NCBI RefSeq assembly: GCF_009914755.1
Contig: NC_060930.1
Origin: the human T2T-CHM13v2.0 reference genome, Homo sapiens
Strand: one strand, 5' to 3'
Length of the DNA stretch: 64,000 bases
This document shows positions 55,881 through 64,000 of this stretch, in pieces. The stretch's first letter is position 1. Each line of letters starts with the position of its first letter. Under the pieces are notes generated by a model. That model searched no databases and had not been told where the DNA came from. It saw nothing but the letters and a program-made list of their open reading frames with translations. A program made the translations under genes and the position numbers.

Positions 55881-58327
55881 TCATATGATTATAGGAGCTG
55901 GCAAGTCAGTCTGAAATTTAAATTCTGTTGGAAACTGATTGTGCAGTTTGGGTTCCAAAGGCAGTCTCAAGGCAGAATTTCTTCTTCATCTGGGGACTTC
56001 AGGCTTTACTCTTAAGGCCTTCAACTGATTTGATGAAGACCACTCACCTATGGAAGGTAATCTGCTTTACTCAAAATCTAATCATTTACATGTAAATTAC
56101 ATCAACTTATCACCATAGCCTAGCTAAGTTGACACATAAAATTAATGATCACAGGCTCAGTTCTTCATCAGTAAATGGGAATAATAATATCTGCTTCACA
56201 GGATCCTTGAATGGTTTAAATGGGATCGTTCTATTAGTGTTTGGCACAGTGTCTACAAGAAAGACCATGCTAACAATCATCATGTTAGCATCATTGGTGT
56301 TAGTTCATCCTCTGCTCCTCTCCCTGGTAACCCTGGACCAGCTCCAGGGCAGAGGTCTCAGCCATGCACAGACTTCCCCTCCTCCCAGCCTTTGTGCATA
56401 TGGCTTCCTGTGCCCAGAACATTTAAGCCAGTCTTTATACATGAACTAGGTAATCTAACTCTAACATGGCCCATAAATTAGGTTGAGCCAGGAAACACTG
56501 GCAATCTTTGACCATCTTTGACAAGAAAATCAGCAAGTTTATATGGTTCAGTTTAATAAAATTAAGCTACTTGCAAAGCTATCAGTGTGGATTAAAATGA
56601 AACTCTAGGCCAAAATCCAAAAATAATTGAAAGTAAATAGGGAAATTAAATGTTAATCTGCAAACAAAATCTCTAAAATTCCTTTTCTTTCTCTTTGTCT
56701 CTCAACATACACACACACGCATATGCACATACTTACAAATAGTTGTGTGTGCTTGCATTTTTCTATTTAGACAATATATATTAATAGATATGTATATGTA
56801 TTTATGTATCACATGAAACAAGGCCAGTAGCCCAATCTGTTCCTCTAACCTAACTTGGCTTTGCTCTCTCATCTATTCCACACACTCCCCCCACCTTCTG
56901 ATTTTAGGACTCCTTTGTTTTTCCATAAGTAGTTCCCTGACCTTTCTGATGTAAACAACTCAAACTTATGCCTACCTAACAAAGACACAGCCTAGCAAAG
57001 AGGACAGCTCTGTAATGGAGGAAATTAATTAAGACACACATTAACCTTTTCTTTTTGCTGTTATAGCATTTTATGCATACATAATCTATCTCCAGATTCC
57101 ATTATTTTTTTCTCTGCTTATATTTGTGTTCTACAATTACAGCCACTCTATTAAATGAAAATAAAAAACAACACATTTTTACACATTAGGTTTTTGTCCC
57201 ATGACTGTATTTTTAAGAAATAATACTTTTGTGAATAGAACACATGATAAAAGCATGCCAAGATTCCCCAGGCCTCAAACTGTGCCTGTGCAGATCCCTT
57301 CAGCTGACAAGTTAGAGAACACTCTTCAATTCATCTAGTGGGAAGGAGGGTTAACCACTACTGAAGTATTTTAGTTTTTCTCATTTCCTTGTGCAAAGCC
57401 AGCAGGTACAAATTTATTTCTGATGAGCAGAGAACTTGCAAAGGTTACTTGACCTTGATGTGATAGAATTTTCTGAGCTCAGAAGATAAACAGCTTGTCT
57501 AAATTCCCCTGCTGGCCTCACCATCACTTTAAGGTTAATAAGGGAGTATTTAGAAGGCAGAAAGTATTTAGAGCTCTGGGAAGTGAAGTAACAAGAGAAG
57601 GGAGAGAAACACTTATAAACATAAAGTAATACTGTACAGGGAAAGAGAGCAATTTCATTAATGACTTGAGAGCAGCCTTTGGCATTAAGCTCTATGAAGG
57701 ATTCCTGGAAAACTTTGAGAAGCAGACCACCTTAAAGTGCTCAGCTCATCTTTTTCTATTCCCAAGGTAGTATTCTCTTTGGAGTGACCATCACCTGTTT
57801 GCTGAGAAAAGCTGACCTTCCTCTCATTAAAAATATATGCAACCATATCACATAACAGCTTATGTCTCTGATTTCCATTCTGTCTTTGAACATATTTTAA
57901 GTATTTACAATAATAGTGTGTTTGTAGTTTTATTTATTTGTAGCAATTATTTAAGAAAATTTGGTGGTGTATATATGGAAATATCATACACGATCATGTA
58001 AAAAAAGCAAGTCAGAAGACTTTCAGCTCATAACAATTCATGTTAGACATGGGTTCCATTCTATCTGCAGTGAAATGATGCATTCATGGCAAAACAGAAA
58101 ATAAAAGTAGAGCAATTTTAGCAGATTATCTGTGCATATTTCACTATATACACACAAAAGATCTCTAAATATTCAAGCATCATATCTTCGCAAGAGTGTT
58201 TTATTCAGTATTTCAATTCATAAATTATATATTTTGAGAGTAACTTCTCAATTCACTTTCTGACAGAAGTTCCACAGAACCATTGGCTGAAATATAAGCT
58301 CAACTGCAAGGAAATAGCAAGAAGCAG

Positions 58328-58490
58328 AGAGTGAGGGATGAGAAATTACCCATTGGGTACGATGTACACTATTTGCATGATAGTTACACTAAAAGACCAG
58401 ACCACCACTATGCAATATATCCATGTAATAAAACTCTTCTTGTACCCCCTAAATCTATAAAAATAAAAATGGAGAAAAATAAAAAATGGA
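58328..58490 (+). mobile_element. L1PB4-like 3' end
   Basis: gtgagggatgagaaattacc...tgggtacgatgtacactatt...ttgtaccccctaaatctataaaaataaaa. Confidence 0.85.
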
Positions 58491-58644
58491 AAATTTTTTA
58501 AGAGGAAGGAATAAAGAAAAGATAATAGGAAACAGATAAAATCTCAAGACTAAAGGGTCATGTTACCTTCTGTTTTACCAAAATTGTGATTCTACATGTT
58601 GTTGAAGAGAAATAACTTACTAGCCTACAAAATTAACAAATTTG

Positions 58645-59785
58645 AATTTTTATTTATCATTTTATTTTTAAATTGACACATAGAAATTGTGTATATTTAC
58701 TGTGTGCCCACATGTTGTTTTGAAATATGTATACATTGCATCATAGCTAATTCAAGAAAATTAGCATATGTATAACCTCATATACTTATTTTATTGTGAG
58801 AACACTTAAAACTACTCTACTGTCTCAACAGTTTTCAAGAACACAATATTTTGTTATTAACTATAATCATCATGTTGTACAATAGATCTCTTGAACTTGT
58901 TCCTCCTAACTAAAATTTTGTATCCTTTGAGCAACATCTCCCCAAACCGTCCTTGCCTCTCCAGCCCCCGGTAACCAGCAGAGGTTTTATTCCTTTGTTT
59001 TTCCATAAGTGGTTCCCTGACCTGCTCTCTATTTTTATGAGTTCAATGTTTTCAGATTCCACATATAAGTGAGATCATGCAGTATTTGTTTTCTGTGCCT
59101 GGCTTATTTCAATTAACATAATGTCCTCCAGGTTCATCCGTGTTGTCACAAATGACAGGATTTCCTTCTTTATTAAGGCTGAATAGTATTCTATTATTTA
59201 TATATACTACATTTTCTTTATTCATTTATGGATAGAAGCTTAGATTGAGTTCATATGTTGGGTATAGATCTCGTGAGACTTATTCAGTACCATGAGAACA
59301 GTTTGGGGGCATGATCGTGAGGCCTCTCTAGCTTCATGGAACTGTGAGTCCATTAAACTTCTTTTTCTTTATAAATTACCCAATCTCGGGTATGTGTTTA
59401 TCAGCAGTGTGAAAACTGACTAATACAGGTATTGAGAATAATGCTGCAATGAACATGGGAATGCAGATATCTGTTTGACATACTGATTTCTTTTGGATAT
59501 ATACCCAGAAGTGAAATTGTTAGATTATATGATAGTTCTATTTTTAATTTTTTGAGGAAGCTCCATACTGTTTTACATAATGTCTGTACTAATTTACACT
59601 CCAACCAACAGTGTACAAGGGTTTTCTTTTCCCTGCACCCTCATGAGGTATATAGTAATATCTTATTGTGGTTTTGATTTGCATTTCTCTGATGATTAGT
59701 GATTTTGAGCATATTTTCATGTATATGTTGGCCATTTGTACGTGCTTTTCGAGAAATGTTTATTCAGATCCTTTGCCAATTTTTG
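58645..59785 (-). mobile_element. L1MA5-7-like 3' end with two internal insertions
   Basis: gaaatatgtatacattg...tgtacaatagatctcttgaactt...gattccacatataagtgagatcatgc. ORF 59401-59604 resembles the L1 ORF2 C-terminus. Confidence 0.88.
59266..59427. mobile_element. rearranged THE1B/C LTR (inverted piece + 3' end)
   Basis: 59266-59309 is THE1 antisense. 59310-59427 is THE1 sense ending gactaataca. TSD ggtat (59261-59265 / 59428-59432). Confidence 0.85.
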
Positions 59786-60387
59786 ATCAGAATTTAGACT
59801 TTAATAAGAGATAAGATGACTAAAGCCCAAGTTACTAATGTTGTAGATACGGTAACTGCTTAAAATGGATCATTTTCTAATATAATCAGCCTTATGCAGA
59901 AGCAAAGCCTGTTGCTACAGTTCCTAGCCCTCCCTGGACCATCCCTTTTCCCCACCTCCACCCCTCTATTATGCTTTTATAAGGCTGGTGGGCTGGTGCA
60001 TCAAGTTCCATCATTACAACTCTGTGACTGGTAAAATGGATTTACCAGAGAGGAGAGATGGTCATTATTTCTCCAGTTTATATGTCTGTGAGCCAGGAGC
60101 TGTCTGAAGGCAGAGATGTTGTCTTCATTTTCACAATTCCAGAGGTAGGCAAAATAGTTTAGTAAAAAGAGATCATCAGTAACTTTGTATAAAATATAGA
60201 AGTGAATCAATCCCAGTCATTCCTAGGGTGATTTAGTTTATCTCATCCTTGACAATCAGGAATCTATCTGGAGGGTGGTTATGATGGGAAATAGAGAGAA
60301 GGTGAACAGGCAATGCCTAGAGCCTAGGGCATTATCCAAACAGACCAGAACTGAGTGGACTATAGGTCCTGGAAAGCCAATAATCAA

Positions 60388-60500
60388 TAGAGCAGAGGAT
60401 TTGCAAAAATAAACAAATCCTGGTTCATCCTAGTTTTCACTTCTTGACTATGTGATTTTGGCCAATTTCCTTTCTTAGACTTGGTTTCTATTATCAAAAT
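60388..60500 (+). mobile_element. MIR fragment
   Basis: cctggttcatcctag...ctatgtgattttggccaat...ggtttct. Confidence 0.5.
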
Positions 60501-61448
60501 AGCAGACTGTGTGAAAATTAAAGATAGCATAAGCCTGTATGAAGCTAACAAATAACGGATAGAGACTAAATTATTTATAATTATTACAGTTATCTTTAAT
60601 ATCATTAATGTCAGTAAACAATTACCCCCAGAAAAGATAAATTTTTTTTAAATGACAGTAAAGTGGAGACAAAGAGAAAATTTCTTCTTCACAATTTTGC
60701 CTATGGATGGCTCCTTTCCAATAATACTTTCTCCTTTTTTTTTTTTTTTTTAAAAATGGTGCTATTAACACGTAAACACCAAATCACTACGGTAAACTAA
60801 TTGATACCAACTTTGTAAGATGCTAATTCCTACCCTCCCCACCCTCCTAAATTATCTAAGACTGATTTCCCCAACAATTATAGTAAGCACACTCTGCTTT
60901 CTGTGGTCACATAACCCAAACTCTTCAGATGCACAATTCATAAAGCCAGGATTTGTTTTGTAATCTAAGTAGTTATGAAATGATTAAACAAAAAAAGTTT
61001 GGCTTGGTTCAATTGTTTCAGTGAGAGGTTCACAGGTACCATAAGCCGTTGAAGTTGAACATGCAATAATAACAGGAAGGCAAGTTCTCAAATGTTAAAG
61101 TACATTCAGCCAGGTTCTTCTTCACATCAAGTACTTGGGCAAGCAGTGGCAAGGTGCTGTGGGTAGACCTGGGCCTCAGAAATCACCAAGAAGGGCAATA
61201 GTGAGGTCAGCAGCAAAATCCACATAGAATGAACAATTTGCCTCAATGATAATTCTCCTCTCAGTAAATCATTTCTGCTTAGGCTATATTCCACCAATTT
61301 TGAATCTTTTCGATGCAATCCACACTTTTCTAGGAAATCCAATCATCAGAAATGTCTCATAGCATATGAGTCATAGAGCATTTATCATATAATAAACTGG
61401 AACTTATTTTTCCAGTTAATTAGGGAATATTCAAATAAATTTGTAAAT

Positions 61449-61633
61449 CAGGGGTGAACAAATTTCTTCTGTAAAGGGCCAGATAGAAAATATTTTAGGC
61501 TCTGCAAGCCAGGTAAACTCAATTCTGTTTTCACAGCACAAAAGCAGTATGTAAATAAATAGGCATGGCTACTTATTTACCAAAATAGGTGAAGGGCAGG
61601 ATTTGGACCACAAGCCAGAGTTTGCTAACCCTG
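61449..61633 (+). mobile_element. MER58A (hAT-Charlie)
   Basis: caggggtgaacaaat...tgtaaagggccagatag...tattttaggct...gtttgctaaccctg. Confidence 0.88.
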
Positions 61634-62147
61634 GCAAAATCCATATCGACATCTAAATCATGCTATACAAATTAATTTCCAGTTAATTAATATCTGGTTG
61701 GAAACTTTATGAAACAATTGTGTGATTTTTCACCATCTCCAAGTAACTTTAGTAATTTAGTAATTTGAGTACTATGAGTATATGAGGTGCTTATCTGCTT
61801 AATGAATAAAGGGATGTCAGGTATCAAAAAGCAATGCTTCAAACATGCCATATAGCTCCCTATCCTGTAAAGTTTGTAAACTCTGTGAAGCACATCTGCC
61901 ACTGTATTCTGCTGACACTTTATTATTTAATTATTTTAATAACCAATTATTATTATTTTTATCATTGTGTGTTGATTTTAAAAATGTTTCTATTGTTACC
62001 ATAAAACTAGTTCATTTAAGAAAATGTACAGGGTGCATCAATCTTAAGGACAGATTTATTCTGTAATTTGGAATTTTTTACATTTTACAAAATTTATATA
62101 GTACATATACTGTAGTATATGTTTCCACACCCTAAATTGTGTGGGGC

Positions 62148-62464
62148 AGTCCTGCAAGCTCCATTTATGGTAAGTGTCCTATACAGCTATAACCATTTTT
62201 TATCTTTTATACCTTTTTTTTTTTTTTACTGGAACTTCTCTATGTTTAGATGCACAAATACCAATTGTGTTTAAATTGCCTGTGGTTACATGTTGCACAG
62301 GTTTGTAACCGAGGAGCAATACACTACACCATAGAGCCTAGGTATGTAGTGGGCTATACCATCTGCTATTGTGTAAGTATACTCTATGATGTTTACACAA
62401 TGACAAAATAGCCTAACAACACATTCTCAGAAGGCATCCCCATTTCTAGGTAGCTCGGGACTGT
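62148..62464 (+). mobile_element. Tigger3 (MER7/Golem) 3' fragment
   Basis: tcctgcaagctccatttatggtaagtg...agcctaggtatgtagtgggctataccatct...actctatgatgtt...gactgta. Confidence 0.85.
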
Positions 62465-62906
62465 ACAATAATATTCTATATTCAGTTTTGTCTCCTGCCT
62501 TATTAATGAAGACTTTTGTATATTTGAATTTGAAATGGCATTTCTCATTTTGCCAACATACAGCACTGGAACAAAACAAGGGAAGACTGCAGCAGAGCCC
62601 TACCCTATTAAGGACACACAAATGGTAACTATTCTTATAAATGATAGCCATGAGTCAGGCAACCCCTAACAATAGGCCCACTGTTTTTCTCCCATTCTGT
62701 GACACGTATCTTCTCTTGTCTGTGTAACTGTTGCATGATTGAATGCATGAACTACTTCCCAGTAAATAAATCAATTGTGAGGGCAGTGATAATCATGAGA
62801 TGAATTAAAGTCTTTATATCAGACAGCGTTTCTCGTTTTTCTGCATGCAGAAACCTGGTTGTTGTTTACATGTTGCAAATTCTAAGATCTGAAATTACAC
62901 AGTTCT

Positions 62907-63205
62907 AATGAGAACACATGGACACAGGAAGGGCAACAAACACACCAGGGCCAGTCGGTGGGTGGAGGGCAAGAGGAGGGAGAGCATTAGGACAAATACC
63001 TAATGCATGTGGGGCTTAAAACCTAGATGACGGGTTGATAGGTGCAAACCACCACAACACATGTATACCTATGTAACAAACCTGCACATTCTGCACATAT
63101 ATCCCGGAACTTAAATTTTTCCAAAAAATATACATTTTTGAAGAAAAAAATGCAAAAAAAAACTAGCTTTCTTTTGATTAAAAAAAGTAAAAAAAAAAAA
63201 AAAAG
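62907..63205 (+). mobile_element. 5'-truncated L1PA7/8 3'UTR with A-rich tail
   Basis: aatgagaacacatggacacagg...ggggcttaaaacctagatgacgggttgatagg...cccggaacttaaa. Confidence 0.92.
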
Positions 63206-63207
63206 AC

Positions 63208-63345
63208 AAAATATGTATACATTGTTGAATGGCTCAGTTCAAGTAATTAACATATGCATTACCTCATAGCCATTTCAGTTTTTTGTAATGAGAACACTTA
63301 AAATCTACTTTTTAACAATTTTGAAGTATGCAATGCATTGTTGTT
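63208..63345 (-). mobile_element. L1MA 3'-end fragment (probably part of a 3' transduction)
   Basis: aaatatgtatacattg...taattaacatatgcattacctcata...tgagaacacttaaaatctact, homologous to 58722-58860. Confidence 0.8.
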
Positions 63346-63880
63346 TCCTTTTTTTGTTTTAAAATGTCCTTCTGGAAACATTTTATTTACCTATAAAAGA
63401 TGCAGACACGTTACACCAAAAAAGAAAAAAAAAGATTACAGTTCTTCAGGAGCCTTTGGTATAGGTGGGGTGAGACAAAACAAATACCAAAGGATGAATA
63501 ACAGCATTGAGTATCATGCCAATTTAATAAATTAAATAAATCACTAGAGTAGCAGGTATTAAATAATAGTCCACAAACTCAAGTCTGCAAGAAATAGCAC
63601 ATATATTTCTTTTCTAGAGCAAGTTAATTCTGGACCAGACTGAAAGGAAATTCAACTTGAGTCATGAAGAGGGCCTGAGTTGATGTAGAATTCAGGTCTG
63701 GGGAGGCCACCAGTCCCCTGCCCACGTTAGTTATTCTGTGACACCATTTTCCTGTCTGCATGATCTCTTTAGACCCAAGGACTCTGCTGCTTCGAAGGCT
63801 TTCTTAGAGTTTTACACTCCATGGAAAGGCTGAGTGCTGGCACATTGAAGTGTTAAAAGACTTTTTTGAAGACTATGATG

Positions 63881-63927
63881 TGGAAAATGGTGATGAGACT
63901 GGAAAATGGTGATGAGACAGGAAAATG
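63881..63927. repeat. 19-bp tandem duplication
   Basis: tggaaaatggtgatgagac x2 plus a partial third copy. Confidence 0.9.
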
Positions 63928-64000
63928 TGAGCAAAGTTCTAGGCTGATTGGTAGAGAAGGCCTGTCTGAGGGTGTGTGTCTTCTGCTTGCACCATAGAAG

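Larger units (their letters stand above)
55404..56153 (-). mobile_element. MLT2 LTR with nested MST LTR and (GATA)n
   Basis: tgtattagt...aaacagaaccaat...taaggaattgg [insert] ctcat...aagttgacacataaaattaatgatcaca. TSD agctc / ggctc. Confidence 0.85.
55300..56260 (+). mobile_element. MIR split by an MLT2 LTR
   Basis: MIR 5' part to 55403, resuming at 56154 as ggctcagttcttcatcagtaaatgggaataataa. Confidence 0.6.

Noticed and set aside
58722-63345. Similarity between 58722-58860 and 63208-63345 as a local duplication
   Set aside because: Both are L1MA 3'-end copies and differ at many positions, as expected for independent family members.

Overview
AT-rich, CpG-poor primate genomic DNA, most likely human, with no recognisable host protein-coding gene, tRNA, rRNA or CRISPR array. 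About two thirds of the window (estimated by eye) is interspersed repeat. This includes a young 5'-truncated L1 (GCG/A diagnostic type, between L1PA2 and L1HS), two long old L1PA15/16-type elements in opposite orientation, a near full-length Tigger1 split by one of them, a heavily deleted HERV-K(HML-5)/LTR22 provirus with a perfect TSD, ERVL gag/pro/RT relics, solo LTRs, four Alus plus an Alu fragment, MIR/L2 relics and hAT/Tc1 DNA transposons. Almost all listed ORFs are repeat-derived or chance. The strongest unexplained structures are: a candidate L1PA7/8 3' transduction (62.9-63.4 kb); a ~250-bp diverged direct repeat I cannot assign (48.6/50.0 kb); a templated insertion and an internally inverted THE1 LTR inside one L1MA (59 kb); an L2 RT C-terminal frame open for 178 codons; and a few strong orphan exon candidates. 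I found no convincing evidence of a new biological system. Subfamily names come from recalled consensus motifs, not a database search, and boundaries of old repeats are approximate.
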